DNA of 64,000 nt, from assembly GCA_963801355.1 (NCBI GenBank), contig CAWDEM010000004.1:128001-192000 (forward strand). Direction: 5' to 3'. Shown here in pieces: positions 26,921 through 39,290 of this stretch (the stretch's first letter is position 1; every line of letters begins with the position of its first letter). The notes beneath the pieces are model-generated. The model was not told where the DNA came from. It made no database searches and was given only the letters and a program-made list of their open reading frames with translations. The DNA comes from Ignavibacteriota bacterium. GTDB taxonomy: Bacteria; Bacteroidota; Ignavibacteria; UBA10030; UBA6906. A program made the translations under genes and the position numbers.

Positions 26921-29089
26921 ATGCCGCAGATCGATCTCCGCCTGGGCATACCACCCGCTCTGGCACTCATTGCTGTCATCGCTGCGGTGGCCCTCGCAGT
27001 GCTCTTTTACCGCACGACCATACCCCCTGCACCACGCCCGAAGCGTCTCCTGCTGGCAACTCTTCGCGGCCTCGCCCTGGCACTCCTCGCTTTTCTTCTC
27101 TTTGATCCGCAACTGCGCCTCACCCTGACGAGAACCGCGGCGCCCGGATTGACGGTACTCGTCGATAACAGCAGGAGCATGTCTATTACCGACCGTGACG
27201 GCACCAGGAGCGACATTGTGCGCACGATCCTCCGATCATCCGTGCTCGAAGCGTTGCATCAGCGCGCACTGGTCACCATCGTTCCATTCGGGGCACGAGT
27301 GCGTACAGGCGAAGGTCTGACGGCGGATTCACTTTCGTTTACGGAAGACGGCACGGATATCGCCGGTGCACTTTCTGCAGTCCAGCAGAACGACCGCGCA
27401 CTGCACAGCAACGCCGTGCTCCTGCTCACTGACGGTATTGTCACGCTGGGACAAAATCCCGTGGGCCCCGCCTCCGCATTCCCTGTCCCCATCACCACGG
27501 TCGGTATCGGCGACAGCAGCGAACAACGCGACGTCGCGGTGCAACGCATCGGCGCAAACGCAGTGGTCTACACCGGCGTACCGACGCCGGTCCAGGTGAT
27601 GGTCCATGCAAGCGGCTATCAGAATGAACGCATCGAGGTCTCTCTCACTGACGGGACAACCTCTGCCGGGCGGACCACGCTGACACTCGAACCGGGGTCG
27701 CACGATTATGCGGTGCCGCTTACCTGGACGCCCGCCGTCGAGGGAACACACTCGCTGACAGCCACGGTGAGCAGTCTTCCCGGCGAAGTCACGACGCGGA
27801 ACAATCGCCGAACCATAGCGGTACGGGTCCGCAAAAGCAAGCTGCGTCTCCTCATTATTGCCGGCGGGCCGTCATACGATCTTGCATTCTTCCGTACCAC
27901 TGCACAGGAAGACCCTGCCGTCGCCGTTTCCGCCTTCACACAAACACCCGCGGGTACCTTCTATGAGGGACTCCTGACACAGGCGGCGCTGGACTCGGCG
28001 GATTGCCTGGTCCTGATCGGCATGCCCACCACGTTCACACATCCCTCAACGATTGATGCCGTGGCCGGCGCGATCAACCGACGGCATCTTCCGTTTCTCT
28101 GGATCGGGTCGCGCACGGTGGATGTGACGCGCAGCGGCGCACTCGCTGCATTGCTGCCATTCACCGCCACCGGTGCTTCCACTGTGGAACAGGAGATCAG
28201 CATCCAACCCGTCCCGGCGGAACAGGCATCTCCGCTGCTGGCTCCCATCCAACCGGGGGATCCGTCTCCGTGGCAGCAGCTGCCGCCTATTTTCGCCACA
28301 CGCACACAATTCGCTGCAAAAGCCGGCGCAATGGTTCTGGCTACAGCACGAATCCAGAGCGTGATCACTCCATCGCCGGTGCTTATCGTCAGGAGCCAGG
28401 GCGGGCAGCGGTCTATCGCACTTCCGGGGTATGGCATATGGCGCTGGCGGCTCCTGGCACAGAGGTCGCCGGCCGTAGCAGGCTTTTTTCCAAAATTCGT
28501 CACCAACGTGATCCGGTGGCTCACGGCTCCGGACGACACCGCTCCACTTGTCGTCAAGCCGCTTGCCACGGTGTATGGCCAGGGGGAACCACTTGGATTC
28601 GAAGCGCAGGTGTACGACGTTCAGCAGCGACCCGTGGACGATGCCGAAGTGCGCGTTGTCGTGCAACAACGGAACCAGGCAATCGAAGGCACGCTTGCTT
28701 CTGTGGGGAACGGACGGTATGAGGGAACGCTGCCGGGTCTGGGTGAGGAGGGTGTCTACCGGTATCGTGCCGGCGCGGGAAAAGGAGGGGCTGTACTCGG
28801 TGCGGACAGTGGTGCCGTGCGCGTTGGTGGCACACATGTGGAATTTCGCACAACCCGAACCGAGACTGCTTTGTTGCGCGCCATCGCCGCCCGCTCCGGT
28901 GGTGCGTACCTGAGTCCGGGGGATCTTTCACGATTGCCCGACGAGCTCTCGCGTCAGGGATTTTTCACACCCCGCATTACCACCGAGGAATCGGACCACC
29001 AGATGCGCTCCTGGCCGTATATTGCTGGAGCAATCGTCCTGCTCCTCGCGCTCGAATGGCTTATCCGGAAGCGGAGCGGCATGCTCTAA
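26921..29089 (+). CDS. Membrane-anchored vWA domain protein with Ig-like and GATase-like regions
   Basis: N-terminal TMs, MIDAS DNSRSM...T...LLTDG, C-terminal LALEWLIRKRSG. Confidence 0.8.
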   Translation: MPQIDLRLGIPPALALIAVIAAVALAVLFYRTTIPPAPRPKRLLLATLRGLALALLAFLLFDPQLRLTLTRTAAPGLTVLVDNSRSMSITDRDGTRSDIVRTILRSSVLEALHQRALVTIVPFGARVRTGEGLTADSLSFTEDGTDIAGALSAVQQNDRALHSNAVLLLTDGIVTLGQNPVGPASAFPVPITTVGIGDSSEQRDVAVQRIGANAVVYTGVPTPVQVMVHASGYQNERIEVSLTDGTTSAGRTTLTLEPGSHDYAVPLTWTPAVEGTHSLTATVSSLPGEVTTRNNRRTIAVRVRKSKLRLLIIAGGPSYDLAFFRTTAQEDPAVAVSAFTQTPAGTFYEGLLTQAALDSADCLVLIGMPTTFTHPSTIDAVAGAINRRHLPFLWIGSRTVDVTRSGALAALLPFTATGASTVEQEISIQPVPAEQASPLLAPIQPGDPSPWQQLPPIFATRTQFAAKAGAMVLATARIQSVITPSPVLIVRSQGGQRSIALPGYGIWRWRLLAQRSPAVAGFFPKFVTNVIRWLTAPDDTAPLVVKPLATVYGQGEPLGFEAQVYDVQQRPVDDAEVRVVVQQRNQAIEGTLASVGNGRYEGTLPGLGEEGVYRYRAGAGKGGAVLGADSGAVRVGGTHVEFRTTRTETALLRAIAARSGGAYLSPGDLSRLPDELSRQGFFTPRITTEESDHQMRSWPYIAGAIVLLLALEWLIRKRSGML

Positions 29090-29092
29090 GCG

Positions 29093-29127
29093 GATCTACC
29101 GCTTCTTCGCAGATCTACCGCTTCTTC
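29093..29127. repeat. 16-bp direct repeat duplicating the gyrA 3' end
   Basis: GATCTACCGCTTCTTC at 29093-29108 and 29112-29127. Confidence 0.8.
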
Positions 29128-31721
29128 CCTTTTCCTTTTGCAGCTGCTTTCTTCTGTCCCTTCGGCCGGGCTGCTTTCCCCTTTTGCTCTTTGAAGAGAT
29201 TGATCTGATCCGCATTCTGCGGGGGAGCCGGTCCAGCCTCCTTCGCCGTACCGTTCTCCTGTGCCTTCTGCCCGTTCCCGTTTGCCGGTTCATCTTCATC
29301 ACGCGGAACGGCGGCCACATCGGCCACCTGATCACCCTGGTCGAGCCGGATCAACCGTACACCCTGGGTGTTCCGCCCGGCAATACGGATTGCGGATACG
29401 TGCTGCCGGATGATGACGCCATGCGTGGTCACAATCACCACGTCGTCTTTCTCCGTCACTTCTTTGATGGCGATCATGCGGCCGGTCTTGTCTGTTGTTT
29501 TGACCGTAATGATGCCCTTCCCGCCCCGGTGGCTGATTCTGTAGTCCCCGGTATTGCTCCGCTTCCCGAACCCAAGCTCGGTGGCGATGAGGATGGTCGC
29601 ATCGCTGCCGCGCAGCACCACCCCACCCACAACACGATCACCCTTGTTCAGCCTGATGGCATGCACGCCGGATGCGGCGCGACCCATGGTCCGCACTTCC
29701 TGTTCCGCGAAACGGATCGCCATGCCCTCCGAGGTGCCGATGACAATGTCCCGTTTTGCATCGGTCAGATGGACATCAATCAACGAGTCTCCCTTCGACA
29801 ACCCGATGGCACCGATGCCGGTCTTCCGAGGGTTGCTGAACTCGCTCAGCGCGGTTTTCTTGATGTTCCCCTGTTCGGTCACCATCAGCACATTCAATGG
29901 TGCATCAAAGCTCTTGACCGTGACATATGCCATGATGGTTTCACCCGGTTCCTTCGACACCAGCGTGCCGATGGATTTGCCGCGCGCAGTTCGCCCGCCT
30001 TCCGGGATCTCAAACACCTTGAGCCAGTAGCAACGCCCCCGGTCGGTAAAGAGCAGGATATACTCGTGGGTCGACGCCACGAACATGGCTTCGATGAAAT
30101 CATCTTCGCGTGTCGTCGCACCCGTGCTTCCCCGTCCCCCGCGGGATTGCCGGCGGTAGCCGCTGACCGGGAAACGCTTTACGGAGCCGTTATGGCTGAT
30201 CGTGATGACCACCTGCTCTTCGGCTATCATGTCTTCAATGCTGAATTCTTCAGCTTTGTAGACGATTTCCGTCCGCCGTTCGTCGCCGTACAGCTCTTTG
30301 ATTCTTTCCAGCTCCTCGCGGATGATCTGCAGCTGCAGCGGCTTGCTTTTGAGGATGGCTTTCAGACGTTCGATCAGTTTGATGGTCTCGCGATACTCAT
30401 CTTCGATTTTCTTCCGTTCCAGACCGGTGAGCCGCTGCAGCCGCATATCCAGGATAGCCTTTGCCTGGATTTCCGACAGCTTGAATTTCTTCATCAGCCC
30501 TGTTCTGGCTGTATCCACATCCTTCGACGCCTTGATGAGTTTGATGATTGCGTCGATATTGTCCAGGGCAATGATGTACCCTTCCAGGAGGTGGGCGCGC
30601 TTTTCGGCTTCTTCAAGCTCATATTTGGACCGCCGGACGACAACTTCGTTCCGGTGCTGGATGAACAGACGTATAATCTCGCGCAGCGTGAGGACCTTCG
30701 GCCGTCCCTCCACAAGCGCCAGCATGATCACGCCGAACGTGGTCTGCATCTGCGTGTGCTTGAAGAGGTTATTGAGAATGACTTCCGCATTCGCATCACG
30801 GCGCAGGTCGATCACGATCCTCAGACCGTCACGGTCGGATTCATCGCGGATGTCCGCGATATCCTCGAGTTTCTTATCGTTCACCATATCGGCGATCTTC
30901 TCGATCAGGTTGGCCTTGTTCACCTGATACGGAATCTCCGTGACCACGATGCTTTGCCGATCGTTTTTGCCCGTCTCAATGCTCGCGCGCGCACGCACGA
31001 CAATCCTGCCGCGGCCCGTCGTGTACGCCTCCCGCACACCTTCGTACCCGTAGATAATCCCGCCGGTCGGGAAGTCCGGTGCCTTCACGATCCGCATCAA
31101 CTTCTCGTTGTCCAGGTTCTCATCCTTGATCAGCGCGATGCAGCCGTCCACCACCTCGGTAAGATTGTGCGGCGGAATATTCGTGGCCATGCCCACCGCA
31201 ATCCCGCTTGTGCCGTTCACGAGAAGATTGGGGACCATCGCGGGAAGAACGGAAGGCTCTTTCAGTGTATCGTCAAAGTTCGGCGTAAAATCGACTGTAT
31301 TCTTGTCGAGATCCTTCAACATCTCTTCAGCGATGCGGGCCAGGCGTGCTTCCGTGTATCGCATCGCCGCCGCCGAATCGCCGTCGATCGAACCGAAGTT
31401 CCCCTGGCCGTCCACCAACGGGTAGCGCATCGAGAAATCCTGCGCCATGCGGACCATGGTGTCGTACACCGCGGAATCGCCGTGGGGATGGTACTTGCCA
31501 AGGACTTCACCGACGATGCGCGCCGACTTCTTGTACGCCCGGTTGGCGGCGAGCCCCAGGTCCTGCATCCCGAACAGCACGCGCCGGTGCACGGGCTTGA
31601 GCCCGTCACGGACGTCCGGGAGTGCACGCGCGACGATGACGGACATCGAGTAGTCGATGTACGACCCACGCATTTCATCTTCGATATCAACGGGAATGAC
31701 TTTTTCGGTCAGTGTTGCCAT
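29115..31721 (-). CDS. gyrA: DNA gyrase subunit A
   Basis: [32 protein letters not shown]; GyrA-box QSRGGRG. Confidence 0.98.
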   Translation of the reverse strand: MATLTEKVIPVDIEDEMRGSYIDYSMSVIVARALPDVRDGLKPVHRRVLFGMQDLGLAANRAYKKSARIVGEVLGKYHPHGDSAVYDTMVRMAQDFSMRYPLVDGQGNFGSIDGDSAAAMRYTEARLARIAEEMLKDLDKNTVDFTPNFDDTLKEPSVLPAMVPNLLVNGTSGIAVGMATNIPPHNLTEVVDGCIALIKDENLDNEKLMRIVKAPDFPTGGIIYGYEGVREAYTTGRGRIVVRARASIETGKNDRQSIVVTEIPYQVNKANLIEKIADMVNDKKLEDIADIRDESDRDGLRIVIDLRRDANAEVILNNLFKHTQMQTTFGVIMLALVEGRPKVLTLREIIRLFIQHRNEVVVRRSKYELEEAEKRAHLLEGYIIALDNIDAIIKLIKASKDVDTARTGLMKKFKLSEIQAKAILDMRLQRLTGLERKKIEDEYRETIKLIERLKAILKSKPLQLQIIREELERIKELYGDERRTEIVYKAEEFSIEDMIAEEQVVITISHNGSVKRFPVSGYRRQSRGGRGSTGATTREDDFIEAMFVASTHEYILLFTDRGRCYWLKVFEIPEGGRTARGKSIGTLVSKEPGETIMAYVTVKSFDAPLNVLMVTEQGNIKKTALSEFSNPRKTGIGAIGLSKGDSLIDVHLTDAKRDIVIGTSEGMAIRFAEQEVRTMGRAASGVHAIRLNKGDRVVGGVVLRGSDATILIATELGFGKRSNTGDYRISHRGGKGIITVKTTDKTGRMIAIKEVTEKDDVVIVTTHGVIIRQHVSAIRIAGRNTQGVRLIRLDQGDQVADVAAVPRDEDEPANGNGQKAQENGTAKEAGPAPPQNADQINLFKEQKGKAARPKGQKKAAAKGKGKKR

Positions 31722-31741
31722 GCGTTTTTTCTCGCGCCGAT

Positions 31742-33838
<2,097 letters not shown>

Positions 33839-34153
33839 CTACCGGAAACGGATATCCCGAATCACGTCCGATCCCGCTGCCGCGTTCAACTTGTGTATGA
33901 TCTCAAGACGCTTGAGTGTCAGTTCCGCCCGCCAGGGGGCGGTCTTCACACTCACAAACAACACCCCGTTGTCGATGCGTTGCGGCTCGGTCACCCTTGC
34001 GATCTGCTCCCCGACAATCTCCGCCCATCCGGCAAGTACCCGGTACCGGCGCAGCGTTCCGTCAATCCCCAACGCTGCCACCAATTCTTCGATCGCGCTG
34101 CCGATATGCACGGGCTGGTGCTTTTTCCCTTTCGTTTCAGAACGGCGCTTCAC
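33839..34153 (-). CDS. dciA: DUF721 / DciA family helicase-loading protein
   Basis: WAEIVGEQIARVT...GVLFVSVKTAPWRAEL; between recF and gyrB; GGAGG before the GTG at 34153. Confidence 0.85.
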   Translation of the reverse strand: MKRRSETKGKKHQPVHIGSAIEELVAALGIDGTLRRYRVLAGWAEIVGEQIARVTEPQRIDNGVLFVSVKTAPWRAELTLKRLEIIHKLNAAAGSDVIRDIRFR

Positions 34154-35273
34154 GGCACCTCCCGCCCTCAACGATGATTCTCCGGTGCTCACTCGTCCAC
34201 CGCATCCCCTGCCCGATGAGGGATTCATCCGTCGCTGTCATGATGCTCTGCCCCTTCGTCTGCAGACGCTGCATGACACATGCCGCACGCTGACGGTCAA
34301 GTTCTGCGAAGAGGTCGTCCAGCAGGAGCATCGGCGTTTCACCGCAGCGTACGGTGACGTATTCATACTCGGCAAGCTTCAGCGCGATCAACAGTGTCTT
34401 GTGCTCGCCCTGTGACGCATACTGCTCCGACGCGAGCCCGTCGATGGTAAACGCAAGGTCATCGCGGTGCGGGCCTACCAGTGTTGCACCCCGCCGCCGC
34501 TCCTCTGCACTCCGTCTCTCCAGCGCCCGGCCGAAGTGCTCCGCAATCGTCTCCACCGTCGACTGCGCATCCACGCCTCCGACCGTCATATAGCGTACGG
34601 CAGCACTCACACCCGCTCCTGCGAGGAAGTTGTATGCCGCACCAAATTCCTCCCGGAGCGCATCAATACATACGGCGCGTTTGTGTATAAGGCGGCTGCC
34701 AAGCCGGACCAGCTCATCATTCCAGGCCGGCAATTCTCCCGCCGGGGATGCACCGTTCAACCGCGCATCCAGCAGCAATTTGTTGCGCTGGCGCAGAACT
34801 CTGCGGTACTCGACAATGTCCGCAAAATACGTACGGCTTGTCTGACACAATACCAGGTCCAGAAACTTCCGGCGCTCCGCCGGGCTGCCGGTAATAATGC
34901 CGGCCTGCTCCGGAGAAAGAATGACCGCCGGAAACATGCCGATCAGAGCCGACATCCGGTCCAGCGCGCTTCCGTTCACCTGAACGCTCTTCTCACCCGA
35001 CAGCGCGTCCACACTGATCCGTACGTTGGACGCTCTGCCGGCGGCATCGGCCATCGCCGCGTGTACCTCCATAAGGGTGCGTCCCAGCATTACCACCTGG
35101 AGGTCGCTTGCGGCATAAAAACTCTTGCTCAGGCTGAGATACGAGACAGCCTCAAGAACGTTGGTCTTTCCCTGCCCGTTGTTGCCGAGCAACAGGGTTA
35201 TTCCCGGGCCAAACTGCAGATGTGAGTCGGCGTGATTGCGAAATGCTGAAAGATGCAACGACCGAACCTGCAT
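34137..35273 (-). CDS. recF: DNA replication/repair protein RecF
   Basis: FRNH, GNNGQGKTN, GPHRDDL, ASQGE and LLLDDLFAELD motifs. Confidence 0.96.
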   Translation of the reverse strand: MQVRSLHLSAFRNHADSHLQFGPGITLLLGNNGQGKTNVLEAVSYLSLSKSFYAASDLQVVMLGRTLMEVHAAMADAAGRASNVRISVDALSGEKSVQVNGSALDRMSALIGMFPAVILSPEQAGIITGSPAERRKFLDLVLCQTSRTYFADIVEYRRVLRQRNKLLLDARLNGASPAGELPAWNDELVRLGSRLIHKRAVCIDALREEFGAAYNFLAGAGVSAAVRYMTVGGVDAQSTVETIAEHFGRALERRSAEERRRGATLVGPHRDDLAFTIDGLASEQYASQGEHKTLLIALKLAEYEYVTVRCGETPMLLLDDLFAELDRQRAACVMQRLQTKGQSIMTATDESLIGQGMRWTSEHRRIIVEGGRCREAPF

Positions 35274-35378
35274 CTGCCTCCCTGCTTATAATACGGCAGC
35301 CCCGCTTGTGACGGGGCTTCCGAAATGTTTTCGCGTAACCCGACGCGGGTGCACACTCCACACTGACACGCGTACCGC

Positions 35379-36494
35379 CTACGTGTTCAACCGCACCGGC
35401 ATAATCAACATGACTGTTGATTCATGCTGCAGCTCCTCAGCCGGAACGATGATCCCGGCGCGCGTTGACGTGCTGAATTTCAGTATGACCCGGTCCGTAT
35501 CAAGATGCGTCAGGATGTCGCCCAGATATATTGCATTGAATCCTATCTCCATCCTCTCCCCGTCATATTCACACGGCAACGTTTCCGTCGCCTCTCCACC
35601 GAAATCCACATCCTGTGCGCTGAGTTTCAAGCTGTTCGTGTCGAGTTCAAGCTTTATCTGATGTGTTGTCGCACTGGCATATAGCGATACCCGGCGGATC
35701 GATGCAATCGCCTGATCCCGGTTCACCGTTGCCAGTTTGGTGTTGTCCTGCGGAATCACACTTTCATAATTTGGATAGGTTTCCTCAATGATACGGGAAA
35801 TCAATACCGAATGATTATAGGCAAATCTGGCATGCGTGTCACTGATGCTCACCGTACACGTACCGGATTCAAGCGCCTTCGCCAGAATGCCCATTGCCTT
35901 AGACGGAATGATAACATCCTTGCTCAGACGCGCAGGTGAATCCGTGCGATAGCTCGCACGCGACAGCCGGTGACCGTCGGTGGCAACCGCTCGAATTTCC
36001 GTTCCGCTGGCCTGAAGAAGTATTCCCATCATCGCCGGGCGGAGTTCATCGGTACTCACTGCAAACGATGTGCGATACACCAATTTCTTAATGGCGCTGC
36101 TCTCAATAACAAATTCACTACTCCCCTTGAACGGCGGTATCTGGGGATATTCCTTCGCCGGTTCACCGGTAAGAGCATATTCCCCGGTCGGCGTTGTTAT
36201 GCGTATTTTGCTCGTCGTAGGATCAATTACAAACGTCACACCGGTATCCGGCAGCGATCTCATCGTATCAAGCAGTCTCTTCGCCGGAATGGCTACAATT
36301 CCATCTTCACTACCGCTCACATCAATTCCAATAGTGGAACTTACCACCAGATCCGTGGCCGTAACATTCAGAGTATTGTTCACCAATTCAAATAACAGTG
36401 TTTCAAGAATGGGCATTGTCGATTTGGAAGGAATAACACCCGCGAGTTTGGAGAGAATACGCTGGAGGTCCGAGGTACTGACCGTAAATTTCAT
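35379..36494 (-). CDS. dnaN: DNA polymerase III beta sliding clamp
   Basis: STMPILE, ATDL, VATDGHRL, YPNYESVIP, IGFNAIYL and LIMPVR motifs. Confidence 0.97.
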   Translation of the reverse strand: MKFTVSTSDLQRILSKLAGVIPSKSTMPILETLLFELVNNTLNVTATDLVVSSTIGIDVSGSEDGIVAIPAKRLLDTMRSLPDTGVTFVIDPTTSKIRITTPTGEYALTGEPAKEYPQIPPFKGSSEFVIESSAIKKLVYRTSFAVSTDELRPAMMGILLQASGTEIRAVATDGHRLSRASYRTDSPARLSKDVIIPSKAMGILAKALESGTCTVSISDTHARFAYNHSVLISRIIEETYPNYESVIPQDNTKLATVNRDQAIASIRRVSLYASATTHQIKLELDTNSLKLSAQDVDFGGEATETLPCEYDGERMEIGFNAIYLGDILTHLDTDRVILKFSTSTRAGIIVPAEELQHESTVMLIMPVRLNT

Positions 36495-36853
36495 CGTGAT
36501 CTCCCTGGAGGCAAAAATGAGGGGATAAACATGTCAGTGAAATCAAGGAAATATACGGAAAAGCTATATAATATTCCAGTTTTTAAAGAAAAGAAGAAAA
36601 GATAAGAGTAGTAATAGTAGTGTGCAAAGGTTGATAAAACGAAAAGTGGAATGATGAACAGGCGCGAGTATGTAGTAACCGGCATACAGCTCATAAGGTG
36701 CTTGAGAACGAGAGTGTGAACAAGCGAGGAGTTGCCAACAGCTGTGTGGATAAAGAAAAAGAGATAGGCAAAAGAGTGTTGTTATGAACAGTGAACTGAC
36801 ACATTATCACCGCAATCAAGAGCACAGCACACATATTGAGAACATGCAGAGCA
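36495..36853. other. oriC unwinding part (dnaA-dnaN spacer): AT-rich DUE, DnaA-trios and DnaA boxes
   Basis: A-rich tract about 36540-36602; TAA GAG TAG TAA TAG TAG at 36603-36620; TGTGCAAAG 36621-29, TGTGAACAA 36715-23, TGTGGATAA 36745-53. Confidence 0.85.
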
Positions 36854-38353
36854 TCATACGTGGCCAAGCATCTGGAGACGGCGTTTGATCTGTTGTACAT
36901 GGGTCTGATACTTGGTATCCACCCGCATCTGATCTTCTACAGATTGATAGGCGTGGATAACCGTACTATGATCGCGCCCGCCAAAATGCATGCCGATGGT
37001 CTTGAGAGAAGCGTTGGTGAGTTCTTTGATCAAATACATGGCAATCTGGCGCGCGTTGACGATCTCCTGCTTTCTCGTCTTGGCACGCAGAAGATCATCG
37101 GGAATGCTGAAGTATTCACAGACTGTTTTCTGTATCGTTTCAATGGTAATCGGCGAACGCACATCGCCGATCACTACTTTCAGCACGTCACGGGCGAGAT
37201 CCAGGTTGATTTCGCGGCCCTCAAGTGATGACCGGGCCAGGAGGCTGATAAGACATCCTTCCAGCTCGCGGATGTTGGAGGTAACGTTGCCGGCAATGAA
37301 CTCCACGACGTCTTGCGGAAGCTCAATTCCGTCATCCACGCTCTTCTTTAACAAGATGGCGATGCGGGTCTCAAGATCCGGGGGTTGGATGTCTGACGTC
37401 AATCCCCATTGAAAACGGGAAAGTAAACGGTCGTCCAGACCCTTAAGGTCTTTGGGAGGCCGGTCGGAAGACAGGACGATCTGTTTGCCGAGCTGGTGGA
37501 GCTCATTGAACGTATGGAAGAAGCTGTCCTGCGTCTTCTCCTTTCCGGAGAGAAACTGAATGTCGTCTACGATAAGGACATCCATACTCCGGTAGAAATT
37601 TGAAAAATCGTTTGTCCGGTTGCTCTGAATGGCATCCACAAAGTCCACGGTGAACTTCTCGCTGGAGACATACATCACCCGCCGTGCTTTGCCGTGAGCA
37701 AGCACATGATTGCCGATGGCTTGAATAAGGTGGGTTTTGCCAAGACCTGTTCCACCGTAGATAACGAGGGGATTGAAGGATGTTCCCCCGGGGTTATTTG
37801 CCACCGCCGAAGCGGCTGCACGGGCCAGCTGGTTACTATCGCCCTTGATATAGTTATCGAACGTGTAACGCGGGTTGAGGAAACTCTGGAAATTCATCGT
37901 GACGGGTTCGGTACGCAGCGACAGGGGCTCCGGCGGACGCAACGGCGTCGTTGATTGAAAGCGCGATTGAAGAGCCGGGCTGGAAGGGCGCACCGGAAGC
38001 ACGGGCGGCACATATTCAAGGTCCTGCGGCGATTCCTCTGTCCGTATGGAGTATTCCAGGCGGGCGTTCTTCCCGAGGACATCAGTGATCGTGCTGTTAA
38101 TAATGGTACAGTAGTGCTCATCCAGCCAATCGTAGAAAAACTGGCTGGGCACCTGTACTCTCAACGCGCCGCTGTCCAGTTCCTGAGGAACGATCGGCTC
38201 GAACCAGGTCTTGAAGCTCTGTGAATTGACCCGTTCTCTGATCTGATCCATGCATGCCGTCCAGACTCGTTCGGCCTGCTCCTTGGATGATGGCTGCGGA
38301 ACCTGGCTCGCGCTGTTAGTGATATTCAAAGCGGAAGTTGGCGAGTTATCCAT
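36854..38353 (-). CDS. dnaA: Chromosomal replication initiator DnaA
   Basis: LNPRYTFDNY, GGTGLGKTHL, VDDIQFL, NIRELEG and GGRDHSTVIHA motifs. Confidence 0.98.
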   Translation of the reverse strand: MDNSPTSALNITNSASQVPQPSSKEQAERVWTACMDQIRERVNSQSFKTWFEPIVPQELDSGALRVQVPSQFFYDWLDEHYCTIINSTITDVLGKNARLEYSIRTEESPQDLEYVPPVLPVRPSSPALQSRFQSTTPLRPPEPLSLRTEPVTMNFQSFLNPRYTFDNYIKGDSNQLARAAASAVANNPGGTSFNPLVIYGGTGLGKTHLIQAIGNHVLAHGKARRVMYVSSEKFTVDFVDAIQSNRTNDFSNFYRSMDVLIVDDIQFLSGKEKTQDSFFHTFNELHQLGKQIVLSSDRPPKDLKGLDDRLLSRFQWGLTSDIQPPDLETRIAILLKKSVDDGIELPQDVVEFIAGNVTSNIRELEGCLISLLARSSLEGREINLDLARDVLKVVIGDVRSPITIETIQKTVCEYFSIPDDLLRAKTRKQEIVNARQIAMYLIKELTNASLKTIGMHFGGRDHSTVIHAYQSVEDQMRVDTKYQTHVQQIKRRLQMLGHV

Positions 38354-38640
38354 AGCAGATCTTCAGATATTCACAATTTTATCCACACACGTGTGTGCAA
38401 GTATCTTCAACATCAGGATGTCCAGGAGTTATCCACATATTCACTTATCCACACTGCTCCATAACAGCAATATTATGAATTGGTTATGGATATTTGTTAC
38501 GGAGGAGTGTGATGGATGTCAATAAGGCGGATGCGGAAGGGGGAAGCGCCGGTCTAGGAGACTGACAATTCACATGTTATCAACATGTTTTCCCTGCCGC
38601 GTCCATATATCAAAATAAGGTTTCCAGGGGGGGAGCGCAA
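38346..38640. promoter_or_regulatory. DnaA-box cluster upstream of dnaA (second part of oriC/autoregulation) and putative dnaA promoter
   Basis: TTATCCACA at 38379-87, 38429-37, 38445-53; near matches at 38346-54, 38367-75, 38577-85; minus strand TTGCGC-N17-TATTTT (38640-38612). Confidence 0.85.
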
Positions 38641-38672
38641 GGACTTTCTATGCAATGGTGCGTTCTTTACGA

Positions 38673-38701
38673 TTGTAAGTCTGGCCTGTTATTCTTATCT
38701 T
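38673..38701 (+). promoter_or_regulatory. Putative rpmH promoter
   Basis: TTGTAA-N17-TATCTT. Confidence 0.5.
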
Positions 38702-38750
38702 GACATACTTTGTTGGTCTCCAGGAATGTTGAGAGAAGTGAGGGAAGAAT

Positions 38751-38897
38751 ATGAAGAGGACGTTTCAGCCTCATATCCGGAAACGAAAGAACACGCACGG
38801 TTTCCGTGCCCGCATGGCGACAAAAACCGGGCGTCAGGTAATTGCCCGGAGGCGGGCCAGAGGGCGCAAGAAACTCACGGTCAGCGACGAACGGTAG
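38751..38897 (+). CDS. rpmH: 50S ribosomal protein L34 (absent from the ORF track)
   Basis: Manual translation [48 protein letters not shown]. Confidence 0.97.
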   Translation: MKRTFQPHIRKRKNTHGFRARMATKTGRQVIARRRARGRKKLTVSDER

Positions 38898-39290
38898 GTG
38901 AAGCCGGTCGAACCGCTCCGGGGCCACGCTGCATTCGACCGTGTTTTTGATGGCGGCCGGAAAATCGGTGGCGCGTTAACGGTGTGCGTGTATCTCGTTG
39001 ATCGCGCGGGAAAGGCCGCCCTTCGTGTCGGATTCGCGGTTTCGAGCAGGCAGTTCAATGCTGTGCGGAGAAACCGTGTGCGGCGGTTGATGCGCGAGGC
39101 CGTTCGTCATGAGTGTACGCCACTGTACGCGGCACTGACACAGCTCCGCGTCTCCGCAGATCTTGTGGTGGTTTTCCGTCCGCGACCGAACCTTGATGTG
39201 CACCGTCTTACCCTTGCGCCGTTCCGCTCGGACATTGCCGATGTGTTCGGCCGGCTCGCCGAACGGCTCCTGGAGCCTGCACATGCGTAA
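38898..39290 (+). CDS. rnpA: RNase P protein component
   Basis: RVGFAVS...NAVRRNRVRRLMRE; directly after rpmH. Confidence 0.93.
   Translation: MKPVEPLRGHAAFDRVFDGGRKIGGALTVCVYLVDRAGKAALRVGFAVSSRQFNAVRRNRVRRLMREAVRHECTPLYAALTQLRVSADLVVVFRPRPNLDVHRLTLAPFRSDIADVFGRLAERLLEPAHA

Noticed and set aside
36491-36900. Short ORFs (67 and 69 aa) between dnaA and dnaN
   Set aside because: They translate the oriC DUE and trios (YYYYSY from TAG/TAA repeats); low complexity and non-coding.
38585-38950. 121-aa ORF upstream of rnpA
   Set aside because: Overlaps the real rpmH gene in another frame.
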